Shown one piece after another: positions 1-10,459 of a stretch of 55,403 nt of DNA. The DNA is from a virus (lineage: Duplodnaviria > Caudoviricetes). The position numbers were made by a program, and so were the translations under genes. How positions within the stretch are numbered: position 1 is the first letter of the stretch; each line of letters begins with the position of its first letter. The stretch spans positions 1-55,403 of the IMG/VR virus record IMGVR_UViG_3300051212_001061, one strand, 5' to 3'. Below the pieces are notes generated by a model, which had not been told where the DNA came from, did not search any database, and worked only from the letters and a program-made list of their open reading frames with translations.

Positions 1-546
1 AATACTTATTGTGAAAGAATAATAAGTTGTCTTGATTATATTGAAGAAGAATATATTCTTTATGCACAAGAAGACTTCATACTGTATGATAATGTTAATT
101 TTCAGGAATTTTTAAAATGTTTTGAATTCCTAAAGAGTAGTGATTATTCCTGTATTAAATTACTTAGATCTGGATCAGATTCTTTAGAAATAAAAAAATC
201 CGAAAACATATATCAAAGCTGTAAAGAATTATCTGCAGTTCACCAGTCTTTGATTTGGAAGAAAAAAGATTTTATAGAAATAATATTAAATTTAAATCCA
301 AGAACTATTAGAGATTTTGAATTTAATTCAAATGCAAGTTATATTATGAATAGATTGGGATATAAATCATGCTTTTATTTCCATAAAGATTCTCCTCCTC
401 GTGGTGGACATTATGACAGTATAGTTTTCCCTTATACTGCTACTTCTATTTCCGCTGGTAAGTGGAATATGACGGAATATTCTAATGAGATTAATCAATT
501 CTCTACCGAATATAATATAGATCTTAACAAAAGAGGAATTGTTTGA
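1..546 (+). CDS. 5'-truncated glycosyltransferase-like (GT-A fold) protein
   Basis: Frame is open from base 1 (NTYCERIISCLDYIEEEYILYAQEDFILY...) to TGA at 544-546; it has a YILYAQEDF acidic motif and lies in the glycan cluster. Confidence 0.45.
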   Translation, partial: NTYCERIISCLDYIEEEYILYAQEDFILYDNVNFQEFLKCFEFLKSSDYSCIKLLRSGSDSLEIKKSENIYQSCKELSAVHQSLIWKKKDFIEIILNLNPRTIRDFEFNSNASYIMNRLGYKSCFYFHKDSPPRGGHYDSIVFPYTATSISAGKWNMTEYSNEINQFSTEYNIDLNKRGIV

Positions 547-1088
547 TGATTAAACTTATTATTCTTGATATTGATGGTGTTATGACCGATGGTACTAAAG
601 TATACGATCGTGAGCATAAAGTTTTGTCTAAAAGATTTTTTTGTAAAGATTTTACAGCGATAAAAAGATTTATTGCTTCTGGAATAAATGTTATAATGCT
701 TTCTGGTGATGAGTGGAATCGTTCCATGGCAGAAAAAAGAAATATTGAATTTTATTGTTCTCGTGGTGAAAATCTTAGTTTAGATAAATCTCTTCTTTTA
801 CCAACTTTAATTGAAAAATATAACCTTTCTTTGGATGAAATTGCTTTTGTTGGTGATGATTATTTTGATCTTTCTATGTTTGAAAAATTAAAATACACAT
901 TTTGCCCCTATGATTCTCCTTTAATTATTAAGAATAAATCATATGTAACCTTAACTAAATGTGGGGGAACTGGAGTTGTATCTGAACTTTATGATTATTT
1001 TGTAGAAAATAAATTTGTTGAGGATTCTGACCCTGAGCAAGTTGCTCTATTAGATAAAAAAGAAATTACAAGTCAAGAAATGAAATAA
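546..1088 (+). CDS. KdsC/YrbI-like HAD-superfamily sugar-phosphate phosphatase
   Basis: LIILDIDGVMTDG (DxDG motif I), MLSG, and AFVGDDYFDL (GDxxxD motif IV); C-terminal GGTGVVSE as in KDO8P phosphatases. Confidence 0.8.
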   Translation: MIKLIILDIDGVMTDGTKVYDREHKVLSKRFFCKDFTAIKRFIASGINVIMLSGDEWNRSMAEKRNIEFYCSRGENLSLDKSLLLPTLIEKYNLSLDEIAFVGDDYFDLSMFEKLKYTFCPYDSPLIIKNKSYVTLTKCGGTGVVSELYDYFVENKFVEDSDPEQVALLDKKEITSQEMK

Positions 1089-1771
1089 TGAATAATTACG
1101 ATCTGTGTCTTTATGGTCATTTAACTGTTGATAGAGTTTTTACTGGATTTAGTGAAAGTTTAACACTAGGTGCCCTTGCCAATGTTTGGTATGCTTTCAC
1201 TAAAATTAATCCTTCTCTTAAAATTAAATTGAATCCTATATCTTTAGGTGAAGCCATTGTTCTTGTAAACTGTGAAAATTCTCAAAGAATAGGACGAGCA
1301 AATTTAAACATAAAGGAAAGAAAAGTAAATATAGAAAAATCTAAGTGGCATCATATAATGTATTTGAACCATCTTAAAGACCTTTCCTTTATTAACCATA
1401 TTGATACTGGAACAATATCTGCAGATATATCTGCTGGTGGTGATTTTGAAAGAATTATTCCTTTTCTGAATAAGATAGATTTTCTTTTTATTTCTGATGA
1501 AGATCTTTTTATGGATGTTTACGAACTATCTAAAAAAGTTTCTGGAAAAGTAATATTACATTATCCATCTGGAAGTTTAGTTGTTGGATCTGATGGTGAG
1601 GAGATAGAAACCCAAACTTCGGTTGTTGATAATTTGGATGTTCTTGGTGCTGGAGATATTTTTGCAGCAAGTTTTATTTCTTCCTACATGGAATCCAATG
1701 AGTTAAAAAAATCTATAGAATTTTCACATCAAAAAACTACAGAAATATTAATGGAGAAAAAAAGTATATGA
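1088..1771 (+). CDS. PfkB/ribokinase-family carbohydrate kinase (short form)
   Basis: N-terminal LYGHLTVD and C-terminal PfkB signature DVLGAGDIFAASF. Confidence 0.75.
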   Translation: MNNYDLCLYGHLTVDRVFTGFSESLTLGALANVWYAFTKINPSLKIKLNPISLGEAIVLVNCENSQRIGRANLNIKERKVNIEKSKWHHIMYLNHLKDLSFINHIDTGTISADISAGGDFERIIPFLNKIDFLFISDEDLFMDVYELSKKVSGKVILHYPSGSLVVGSDGEEIETQTSVVDNLDVLGAGDIFAASFISSYMESNELKKSIEFSHQKTTEILMEKKSI

Positions 1772-2490
1772 AAACTAATATTGTCCTTCCAATAGCGGGA
1801 AATGGTCAGCGTTTTGTTGATGGTGGGTATAAGACCATCAAGCCTTTAATAGAATTTGAAGGTAAGTATTTAATTCAAAAATCAATGGAATCAATTGATT
1901 ATGAAAATTCAAATTTAATTTTTATAGTCAGGAGAGAGCATGTTCAAACATTTAATTTGGATTTAAAATTAAAGGAAATTTTTGGACAAGATATAATTAT
2001 TATTATTCTAGAAAACCCCACAGAGGGGGCTCTTTGTACTTGCCTATTTGCGGAAAAATATATTAATAATGATTATCCTCTAATTATTTTTACTCCAGAT
2101 TGCTATTTTGAACCAAAATTTTCTATTGAACGTGTGCCATCAAATTATGATGGGGCAGTATCTACTTTTTCTTCTACTAGTCCAGCGCATAGTTATGTTC
2201 AATTGAATAGTGATAATCTTGTGGTTAAAGCAGCAGAAAAAGAAGTTATAAGTGAAAATGCTGTAGGTGGTCTTTATTACTTTAAACGAGGTAGTGTATT
2301 TGTAAAATATGCAAAAGATCAAATTGAAAAAAATATCAAAACAAAAGGAGAATTTTATATCTGTCCAGTATATAATTTATTAATAGATGCTGGTTTAAAA
2401 ATTGGCATAGACAAAAATACCAGGCACGATATACTTGGAACACCAGAAGATTTAGATTTTTATTTAAAAAATAAAAAAGAGAATCTCTGA
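1768..2490 (+). CDS. Sugar-phosphate nucleotidyltransferase (NTP_transferase-like)
   Basis: IVLPIAGNGQRF..GY..IKPLI motif, TEGALCT, EK..IS..A.GGLYYF, GEFYI.PVYN, LGTPEDL. Confidence 0.8.
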   Translation: MKTNIVLPIAGNGQRFVDGGYKTIKPLIEFEGKYLIQKSMESIDYENSNLIFIVRREHVQTFNLDLKLKEIFGQDIIIIILENPTEGALCTCLFAEKYINNDYPLIIFTPDCYFEPKFSIERVPSNYDGAVSTFSSTSPAHSYVQLNSDNLVVKAAEKEVISENAVGGLYYFKRGSVFVKYAKDQIEKNIKTKGEFYICPVYNLLIDAGLKIGIDKNTRHDILGTPEDLDFYLKNKKENL

Positions 2491-3197
2491 TGAATACAAT
2501 ACCATTAATGATTCAAGGACCAACTGAATATTACAAAGAAATAGTAGAATTTTATAAAGATTATGAATGTGTTTGGTCAACTTGGTCCACCGAACCTAAA
2601 CAAAATATTGATTATATAAATTCTAAAGAAAATTTTACAGTATTATTATCAGAAATTCCAAAATTTAAATATGACTATCATTGGGGTCTATATGCGTGGA
2701 TTTCTACACTCAATGGATTTGAGTATTTAAAAAGTAAAAATTATGAATTTGGAATAAAAATTAGATCTGATTTTTTAATTGATATTTCTGAAATACTTAA
2801 AATTACAAAATTTGACCACTTTAATTGTTTTGGGTGGGATACTGGTGGGGTTGGATATTTGTGTGATTATTATTTTTCTAGTCCAGTTGATACTATGTGT
2901 GATATAATGAAAGAATGTATAAGTATAGAATCTGAATCATTTCCAGAAAATATCTTAACATATGCTTTACTTCAAAAACTTAACTTTAGAAAAATAAATT
3001 ATACTTTAACAGACAATACTAAATTTTGGTGGTTGAAACGGGGTATAAGTGAGCAACATTATATGGATCATGTCAGAAATGGAACTTGGTATAATATAAC
3101 CGATAAAAAACAAATTTCTAAGTGTGTTGATTATAACTTTTATAGAGATAATTTTCCAGAAAATTATGAACTAACTTATAAATGGGGTCCCAAATAA
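2490..3197 (+). CDS. WavE-like LPS/glycan biosynthesis protein
   Basis: MIQGP ... WSTW ... STLNG ... KIRSD ... DYYF pattern resembles the WavE family; cluster context. Confidence 0.5.
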   Translation: MNTIPLMIQGPTEYYKEIVEFYKDYECVWSTWSTEPKQNIDYINSKENFTVLLSEIPKFKYDYHWGLYAWISTLNGFEYLKSKNYEFGIKIRSDFLIDISEILKITKFDHFNCFGWDTGGVGYLCDYYFSSPVDTMCDIMKECISIESESFPENILTYALLQKLNFRKINYTLTDNTKFWWLKRGISEQHYMDHVRNGTWYNITDKKQISKCVDYNFYRDNFPENYELTYKWGPK

Positions 3198-3878
3198 ATG
3201 AAAGACTATCATAAAGATAGTAAACTTTTTAATAATGAAAAGTTTGCTCTAGGAAAATTTGCAGATGGTGAATGGGGTGCTATAAAAGGAACTTATTTTT
3301 TTCCTGCTAATGGCGAATGGCAAGCAAATGGAAATGATCCTAGTTTTGAAGAAGCAAGATTAGCACTTATTGAATCAATTCAATATAAACATCCAGATTA
3401 TTATGTTGCAATTTGTCCTTGTTATAAAGAAGCAATAGAATTTTCTGGGCAAAATGAAAAAAATATTACTTATGCTAATATTTTTGTAAACTCAAATTAT
3501 CAATATTACAAAAAATATTATATTAACTTATATAAAGAAAGAGACATTCATTTAGTTACTCATAGAAACACAAACTTGGAAGATCTTCCATTTAAAGTTG
3601 AAAAATTTTATCCAATCGATTATAATGCTTGGATAGTCAATAAAGATCTTCCATATCAAATTCTTGAACAGGATCCAAAAGACAAATTATTTTTATTTGC
3701 TGCTGGATCTTTTGCAAATATTTTGGCTCATAAATTGTGGGTCAATAATAAAAATAATACGTATCTTGATGTCGGTTCTACTTTAAATATTTGGACAAAA
3801 GTAGAGAGATTAAAAAGAGACTATTATATGGGAAATCAAGAATTAGAAAATCTCTCTTGTCCTTGTCCAAATTTTTAA
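3198..3878 (+). CDS. Putative GT-D-fold (DUF1792-like) glycosyltransferase
   Basis: KFADGE near the N-terminus and FAAGS...LDVGS near the C-terminus resemble GT-D fold motifs. Confidence 0.5.
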   Translation: MKDYHKDSKLFNNEKFALGKFADGEWGAIKGTYFFPANGEWQANGNDPSFEEARLALIESIQYKHPDYYVAICPCYKEAIEFSGQNEKNITYANIFVNSNYQYYKKYYINLYKERDIHLVTHRNTNLEDLPFKVEKFYPIDYNAWIVNKDLPYQILEQDPKDKLFLFAAGSFANILAHKLWVNNKNNTYLDVGSTLNIWTKVERLKRDYYMGNQELENLSCPCPNF

Positions 3879-3893
3879 AAAGTTAATTATAAG

Positions 3894-4895
3894 ATGAAAG
3901 TTGCATTAATAACAGGTATAACGGGTCAAGATGGATCTTATCTTGCCGAACTTCTTTTAGAAAAAGGATATGAGGTTCACGGTATTGTTCGGAGATCTTC
4001 TTTGATTAATACTGATCGTATTGATCATATTTACGATCAAATTAAACTTCATTATGGGGATCTGACTGATTCCACAAACCTTGTAAGAGTCATTCAGCAA
4101 GTTCAACCAGATGAGATTTATAATCTAGGTGCTCAAAGTCATGTAAAAGTATCTTTTGAGATGCCCGAATACACTGGACAAACTGATGGGTTGGGAACTC
4201 TTCGTATTCTTGAAGCAGTTCGTCTTTTGGGAATGGAAAGAAAGACTAGAATCTATCAGGCATCTACGTCAGAAATGTATGGTAAGGTTCAAGAAATTCC
4301 TCAAAAAGAAACTACACCTTTTTATCCTCGTTCACCTTATGGAGTTGCAAAAGTTTATGGATACTGGATCGTCAAAAACTACCGAGAGTCGTATGGATTA
4401 CATGCAAATTCTGGAATTCTTTTCAATCACGAATCCCCAAGAAGAGGAGAAACTTTTGTCACAAGAAAAATCACTCGCGGATTATCATCTATTTCAACTG
4501 GGCAACAAGACATATTATATCTCGGGAATCTGAATGCGAAACGTGATTGGGGACATGCTAAAGATTTTGTTGAGGCAATGTGGTTGATGTTGCAGCAGGA
4601 TGAACCTGATGATTACGTAATCGCCACAGGAAAGCAGTATTCGGTGCGTGAGTTTGTAGAAGAAGCAGCACCATACTTTGGTATGAATATTGTATGGGAA
4701 GGTGAAGGTATTATGGAAAGGGGTATTGATAAAAGTACTGGTAAAACGATCATTAAGGTCAACGCTAAATATTTTAGACCTGCTGAAGTAGAGACTTTAT
4801 TAGGTGATGCCACTAAGGCAAAGGAAAAACTAGGTTGGGAACCTAAGATTTCTTTTAAACAACTTGTTGAGGATATGTGCATTTATGGACAGTGA
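3894..4895 (+). CDS. gmd: GDP-D-mannose 4,6-dehydratase
   Basis: [61 protein letters not shown]. Confidence 0.97.
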   Translation: MKVALITGITGQDGSYLAELLLEKGYEVHGIVRRSSLINTDRIDHIYDQIKLHYGDLTDSTNLVRVIQQVQPDEIYNLGAQSHVKVSFEMPEYTGQTDGLGTLRILEAVRLLGMERKTRIYQASTSEMYGKVQEIPQKETTPFYPRSPYGVAKVYGYWIVKNYRESYGLHANSGILFNHESPRRGETFVTRKITRGLSSISTGQQDILYLGNLNAKRDWGHAKDFVEAMWLMLQQDEPDDYVIATGKQYSVREFVEEAAPYFGMNIVWEGEGIMERGIDKSTGKTIIKVNAKYFRPAEVETLLGDATKAKEKLGWEPKISFKQLVEDMCIYGQ

Positions 4896-5823
4896 TTCTA
4901 GAGTATTAGTCGCTGGTGCCAACGGAATGGTTGGATCAGCAATTGTTAGAAACCTTGAAAGTAAAGATTATACTAACATTATTAAAGGAACTCGTCAGAC
5001 TGTAGATTTTACAGATCAAGAAGCGACTGACACCTTTTTTAGACTTAAAAAACCCGATTATGTATTTGTTGCTGCTGCCAAAGTTGGTGGTATTATGGCA
5101 AACAGTACGTATAAAGCAGATTTTCTAACTCAGAATATTCGTATTCAAACAAATATTATTGATTCTGCTTATCGTTGGGGTGTAAAGAAACTGTTGTTCC
5201 TTGGATCATCTTGCATTTATCCTAAGTTTGCAACTCAACCTATCACCGAAGATCAGTTGATGACTGGTGCTCTGGAACCTACCAATGATGCCTATGCGAT
5301 TGCTAAGATCACTGGTATTATGATGTGTCAGGCATATCGCCAGCAGCACGGTTTTAACGCTATCTCTCTGATGCCTACCAATCTTTATGGTCCTAATGAT
5401 AATTTTAATTTAGAAACCTCACACGTTCTTCCTGCAATGATTGCAAAATTTCATGATGCAGTTTCATATCATAGTGAGTATTGGGAAGTTAAACTTTGGG
5501 GCGACGGATCTGCCATGAGAGAGTTTCTACATGTTGATGATCTTGCAGAAGCGTGTTATGTTTGTATGCAGAAATATGATGAGGTAGAGCATATTAATGT
5601 TGGAACTGGTGAGGACGTAACAATTAAAGAACTTGCAGAAACTGTTGCTAATATTGTTGGATATGATAGACAAATTAATTGGGATATTACAAAACCAAAT
5701 GGTACTCCACGTAAAGTTTTAAACGTAGATAAAATTAAATCTCTTGGGTGGAATCCAAATATTTCTCTTTGTGAAGGGATTAAAAACACTTACGAATGGT
5801 ATAAAAAAAATGTTGTCATTTAA
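4885..5823 (+). CDS. fcl: GDP-L-fucose synthase (epimerase/reductase)
   Basis: [57 protein letters not shown]; ATG at 4885 overlaps the end of gmd. Confidence 0.95.
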   Translation: MDSDSRVLVAGANGMVGSAIVRNLESKDYTNIIKGTRQTVDFTDQEATDTFFRLKKPDYVFVAAAKVGGIMANSTYKADFLTQNIRIQTNIIDSAYRWGVKKLLFLGSSCIYPKFATQPITEDQLMTGALEPTNDAYAIAKITGIMMCQAYRQQHGFNAISLMPTNLYGPNDNFNLETSHVLPAMIAKFHDAVSYHSEYWEVKLWGDGSAMREFLHVDDLAEACYVCMQKYDEVEHINVGTGEDVTIKELAETVANIVGYDRQINWDITKPNGTPRKVLNVDKIKSLGWNPNISLCEGIKNTYEWYKKNVVI

Positions 5824-6598
5824 TCATATTGGAAATCTTGGTCGTCTTGGAAATCAAATGTTTCAATATGCTTCTTTAAAGGGCATTGCAAAATATAGAG
5901 ACTATGAATATTCAATACCTCCAAAAGAAGTTTTTGGAAATATTGACAATAATGTTAAAAGAAGTGAATGTAACCTTCATGATGTTTTTGATTTAGAGAA
6001 AGAAAAAATTGGATTAATTAAAAATCCAACCTTACCCGAAAGAATGCATGAATTTGATGAAGATCTTTTTGTAAATTTTCCCGATAATGTAGATTTGTTT
6101 GGTTATTATCAAAGTGAAAAATATTTTAAACATATCGAAAATGAAATTAGGAAAGATTTTTCTTTTAAAGAAGATTTATTTGATATGTGTAAAAATGTTA
6201 TTAATGGCGATGAAGTAGTAATATCTTTACACATAAGACGTGGAGATTACATAACTAATAATAATCATCCTGTTCAAGATATTGAATATTACGAAAAAGC
6301 ATTATCCAAATTTGATAATTACCCAGTAATTGTTTTTTCGGATGATCCAGAATGGTGCAAGAATAAAAATATTTTTTCTTCCGATAGATTTTTAATATCT
6401 GAAAATAATACGACAGATTTTGATTTATGTTTGATGAGTTTGTGCGATTATCATATAATTGCAAATAGTTCTTTTAGTTGGTGGGGAGCTTGGTTGGCAA
6501 AAAGTAAGCAGGTAATTGCACCTAAAAAATGGTTTGGTGGGGAGTGTGTAAATAAAAATGTAAAAGATATGCCTTTTGGTAATTGGATTTGGTTATGA
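5810..6598 (+). CDS. Alpha-1,2-fucosyltransferase (GT11)
   Basis: GRLGNQMFQYA, GYYQSEKYF, HIRRGDY, IIANSSFSWWGAWL. Confidence 0.93.
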   Translation: MLSFNHIGNLGRLGNQMFQYASLKGIAKYRDYEYSIPPKEVFGNIDNNVKRSECNLHDVFDLEKEKIGLIKNPTLPERMHEFDEDLFVNFPDNVDLFGYYQSEKYFKHIENEIRKDFSFKEDLFDMCKNVINGDEVVISLHIRRGDYITNNNHPVQDIEYYEKALSKFDNYPVIVFSDDPEWCKNKNIFSSDRFLISENNTTDFDLCLMSLCDYHIIANSSFSWWGAWLAKSKQVIAPKKWFGGECVNKNVKDMPFGNWIWL

Positions 6599-7452
6599 TT
6601 AATTTATGGTATGAGGATTTTCATCTTCCTCCTGGTATGAATGGACCAAGAAAACTTCTTATAAATTTAAAAGAATCTTTAATAGATTCTAATATACCAT
6701 TTTCAGTAAATTCTGAGAAATATAAAATTAATTTTTTAGTTCATTATGATGAGTATGCTTATCCAAAACACGAAAAACTGGAACACAGCACGTGTTTTAT
6801 TGGTCCTCAATTTTGGCCATTTAACGACTATGGTAAATTTTTAATCGAACATCCCGAATACTATAATAAAATTATCGTTCCTTCTAAATGGGTAGAAAAT
6901 AAGTTTATTGATAAATTTAATTTTCCTAAAAATAAAATTTGCATTTGGCCAGTTGGAATTGAAAAATTAAACACTAAAAAAGAAATTGAATTTGATTGTT
7001 TAATATACTTTAAAAGACGCAGCACTCATGAATTAAAAATTGTAGAAGATTTTTTTGCAAGTTTAGGTATTTCATATCAAGTCATCTCTTATGGTAATTA
7101 TCAAGATGATGATTTGGAAAAACTTTGCAGTAAGTGTAAATTTTGTTTTCTTTTAAATGGAACTGAAAGTCAAGGTATAGCAGTTCAACAAATAATGTCG
7201 TCTAACACGCCATTGCTTGTTTGGGACGTTACTGAGTGGACAGATCAAGGTGAAGAATATAAAGTCTCTGCTACTTCTATACCCTATTGGTCTGATGAAT
7301 GCGGAAAAGTTTTTTATGATAGGGATGATATAGAAATTACTTTTTTTGAGTTTTGTGATAAAATTAATGAATACAATCCAAGAAAATATATCGAAGAAAA
7401 TCTTTCTTTTGAAAAATCTGTAAAAAAATTAATGGAGATTATAAATGATTGA
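6595..7452 (+). CDS. Putative glycosyltransferase (GT-B like)
   Basis: IVPSKWV...WPVGI...TESQGIA motifs seen in phage/bacterial GT4-like proteins; cluster context. Confidence 0.5.
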   Translation: MINLWYEDFHLPPGMNGPRKLLINLKESLIDSNIPFSVNSEKYKINFLVHYDEYAYPKHEKLEHSTCFIGPQFWPFNDYGKFLIEHPEYYNKIIVPSKWVENKFIDKFNFPKNKICIWPVGIEKLNTKKEIEFDCLIYFKRRSTHELKIVEDFFASLGISYQVISYGNYQDDDLEKLCSKCKFCFLLNGTESQGIAVQQIMSSNTPLLVWDVTEWTDQGEEYKVSATSIPYWSDECGKVFYDRDDIEITFFEFCDKINEYNPRKYIEENLSFEKSVKKLMEIIND

Positions 7453-8215
7453 AAATTGGAGTTGCCTCACGACACAAGACACTACTCCATATGCAGAGAT
7501 TTGCATAGAGGCAGTTGAGAATGATGAAGTCTTTGAAAAATTTAAGCAGGACCCCAGATATACTGCTATTCTAGAACACGTGTCCCCAGAACACGGTCAA
7601 AAATATTTTAATGGAATTATGTACTATGAGTTAAATGCAGAACTTATAGAAGCATTTAAAGAAAACGATAAACTTGGTGGAGCAAATCTAATTGATTATG
7701 GAAATCCTTTTGGATATGTTTCACCTTCAACATTGAGGTATGTCCAAAATACTCTTGATATTGCTCACTTTGTTGGTGAAGGTGAAATTAATAAAATTGT
7801 AGAAATTGGTGGAGGTTACGGAGGACTGTGTAAGACAATTAGTTGCCTTTGTGATTTTGATGAATATCACATTTATGATCTCGAATCAGCATCTAAATTG
7901 CAGCAAAAGTATCTTTCTAATTTTAATATTAAAGATAAAGTATTTTTTCACTCGGTCCCAGAAAAAATTGAAGATGTGGATTTGCTAATTAGTAACTACG
8001 CTTATTCGGAACTTAATCTAGAACTTCAGAATCTTTATTATGAAAATGTTATTAAGAATGCAAAGAGAGTATACATGATTCTCAATCGTGGAGAAGTAAG
8101 TAGAGATGTTTTATTGAAGCGAGCAGAAGAAGATTTTGAAGTTGATGTTCAAAAAGTTTTAGATTTTTGGCCACCTAATGGATATCTTTACTATACAACT
8201 ATGGTGAAGAAATGA
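7445..8215 (+). CDS. Putative sugar O-methyltransferase (SAM-dependent)
   Basis: IVEIGGGYGG SAM motif I, YDL, DLLISNYAYSEL. Confidence 0.75.
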   Translation: MIENWSCLTTQDTTPYAEICIEAVENDEVFEKFKQDPRYTAILEHVSPEHGQKYFNGIMYYELNAELIEAFKENDKLGGANLIDYGNPFGYVSPSTLRYVQNTLDIAHFVGEGEINKIVEIGGGYGGLCKTISCLCDFDEYHIYDLESASKLQQKYLSNFNIKDKVFFHSVPEKIEDVDLLISNYAYSELNLELQNLYYENVIKNAKRVYMILNRGEVSRDVLLKRAEEDFEVDVQKVLDFWPPNGYLYYTTMVKK

Positions 8216-8907
8216 AAATCTGCATCTTAACTATTGCAACAAACAAGTATATTCAGTTTGTTGAAAGACTTCTTGATAATATTGAAGAGAACTTTCTTAA
8301 TGGGCACGATATTGAGTGTTTGCTTTTCACAGACCATGAAGTAGAAGCATCTGAAAATGTAAGAGTTTGTCAAATTGACCACGAACCTTGGCCAATGCCT
8401 ACTTTGAAGAGATACAATTACTTCGTAAAAGAAAAAGAGTTTATCTCTCAGTTTGATTATTGTTTCTACTTTGATGTGGATATGGGTCTGGTAGATAAGG
8501 TTGGTGATGAGGTTCTAAGCGACCTAATTGCCACTCAGCACCCCTACCAGTCCTTCTATCCTAAGGAGCAGAGGTCGTATGATAGAAACCCACAATCGCT
8601 GGCATACGTGCCTGTGGGTGGGGAAGGTGAGCACTATTATGCTGGTGGATTTAATGGTGGGTCTACAAAGAGATTTCTTGAAATGGCAGAGGTTCTTGCA
8701 GACCGTGTAACCAAAGATCTTGAAAAAGGAGTTGTTGCTTTATGGCACGATGAATCTCAAATGAATCGCTATTTAATTGACAATCCACCAACTTTGAGTC
8801 TGACACCTTCATATTGTTTTGCGGAAGAACAGATGGGAAATCCAGAGTACCCATTTGCTCCTAAAATTATTGCCTTGAAGAAAAATCACAATGAACTTAG
8901 ATCTTAG
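8212..8907 (+). CDS. Family 6 glycosyltransferase (ABO-like alpha-1,3-Gal/GalNAc transferase)
   Basis: IATNKY, FTD, YFDVDM (DXD), YYAGGFNGG, WHDESQMN, C-terminal KNH. Confidence 0.93.
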   Translation: MKICILTIATNKYIQFVERLLDNIEENFLNGHDIECLLFTDHEVEASENVRVCQIDHEPWPMPTLKRYNYFVKEKEFISQFDYCFYFDVDMGLVDKVGDEVLSDLIATQHPYQSFYPKEQRSYDRNPQSLAYVPVGGEGEHYYAGGFNGGSTKRFLEMAEVLADRVTKDLEKGVVALWHDESQMNRYLIDNPPTLSLTPSYCFAEEQMGNPEYPFAPKIIALKKNHNELRS

Positions 8908-9535
8908 AGAAATACCTGCTCTTTATATGAATTTGGAGCAGCATACTGAAAAGAATGAGAGTATGCAAACTCTTTTGAAAGAATGTGGATTTAAACATAT
9001 CATTCGTGTAGAAGGTGTTGCTCGTCCAGATCGTCCTGTTGCAGGATGCTCTGCTGCTCATCACAAAGGATTGTCCGAGATTGATCCACCATTTATTCTT
9101 TTTGAAGATGATTGTGTAATCAAGAATTTCCGTCCAGAGATTGAAATTCCTGATGATGCCGATGCAGTTTATCTTGGCATTTCATCTTGGGGGAGAATGA
9201 ATGGACACTCTGGACCTTATGTTCAATATGAACACGTTAAAGATGATCTTTATCGTGTTTATAATATGTTAGGAGGACATTCTGTGTTGTATCTGAATGA
9301 TGAATATGTTAGAATGTGCCAAAGGATTACTTATCATGCTGGATACATAATAGAAGATTACCAAGATATTGGATTTGCTGAGATTCAGAGATGGTTCAAT
9401 GTCTATACATTTAATAATCCATTCTTTTATCAAACTAGTGGATATCATGGAACGGTTAATCCTCTAACAAGTTATCCGACAGAAGAGTGTTTTGTTTATA
9501 ATAAAAATTATTTTTTACCTGAGAGAGTTGTATGA
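8891..9535 (+). CDS. GT25-like glycosyltransferase
   Basis: YMNL, GCSAAH, ILFEDD, VYLG. Confidence 0.65.
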   Translation: MNLDLREIPALYMNLEQHTEKNESMQTLLKECGFKHIIRVEGVARPDRPVAGCSAAHHKGLSEIDPPFILFEDDCVIKNFRPEIEIPDDADAVYLGISSWGRMNGHSGPYVQYEHVKDDLYRVYNMLGGHSVLYLNDEYVRMCQRITYHAGYIIEDYQDIGFAEIQRWFNVYTFNNPFFYQTSGYHGTVNPLTSYPTEECFVYNKNYFLPERVV

Positions 9536-10458
9536 CTAAATCACTAGTTACTGGCGGTGCTGGATTTATTGGTTCCAATCTTGTTGATCGCCTCATAGAA
9601 ATAGGACACGAAGTTGTCGTTATTGACAATGAGTATTCCGATGCTCATGACCGATTCTATTGGAACGATAAAGCACAAAATTATAAGTATGATATTCGTG
9701 ATTATGAAAATACACGCCCACTTTATGATGGTGTAGATTATGTTTTTCATATTGCGGCAGAAGCACGTATTCAACCCGCAATTTTAAACCCTATCGAAGC
9801 TGTAAGTATTAACTCTGTCGGCACAGTAACGGTTTTGCAGTGTGCTCGTGAATCTGGTGTTAAGAGAGTGATATATTCTTCTACATCTTCTGCATATGGA
9901 ATGAACCAAATTCCCAACGTTGAAACTCAACCAGATGATTGTTTAAATCCATATTCAGTTTCGAAAGTGAATGGAGAAAAACTATGTAAAATGTATAATA
10001 ATCTTTATAATCTTTCTACAATTTGTTTTCGGTATTTTAATGTTTATGGTGAGCGTCAACCACTTCGTGGACAATATGCTCCAGTAGTTGGAATTTTTCT
10101 TAGGCAAAATGCTGCTGGAGAACCACTCACGATTATCGGTGACGGAAATCAGCGTAGAGATTTTACATATGTTGGTGATGTTGTAAATGCAAACATTCTC
10201 GCAGCAACTAAAGACGTTGATGAAAGTGTGTTTGGACAACTTTATAATGTTGGGACTGGAAAAAATTATTCTATTAATGAGGTTGCCAGTTTTATTTCCA
10301 CGAATATCGTAAATATTCCACCCCGCCCTGGTGAAACAAGAATTAGTTTATCAAATAATTCTAAATTGTGTGAAACTTTTGGGTGGAAACCAACAGTGAT
10401 ACTTGAAGATTGGATTAGTAAACAAATAGAAACATCTGAAACTTTAGATAGTAATTAG
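9532..10458 (+). CDS. NAD-dependent UDP-sugar 4-epimerase/dehydratase (extended SDR, WbpP/GalE-like)
   Basis: VTGGAGFIGS, YSSTSS, NPYSVSK (YxxxK), RYFNVYG, RDFTYV. Confidence 0.9.
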   Translation: MTKSLVTGGAGFIGSNLVDRLIEIGHEVVVIDNEYSDAHDRFYWNDKAQNYKYDIRDYENTRPLYDGVDYVFHIAAEARIQPAILNPIEAVSINSVGTVTVLQCARESGVKRVIYSSTSSAYGMNQIPNVETQPDDCLNPYSVSKVNGEKLCKMYNNLYNLSTICFRYFNVYGERQPLRGQYAPVVGIFLRQNAAGEPLTIIGDGNQRRDFTYVGDVVNANILAATKDVDESVFGQLYNVGTGKNYSINEVASFISTNIVNIPPRPGETRISLSNNSKLCETFGWKPTVILEDWISKQIETSETLDSN

Positions 10459-10459
10459 T

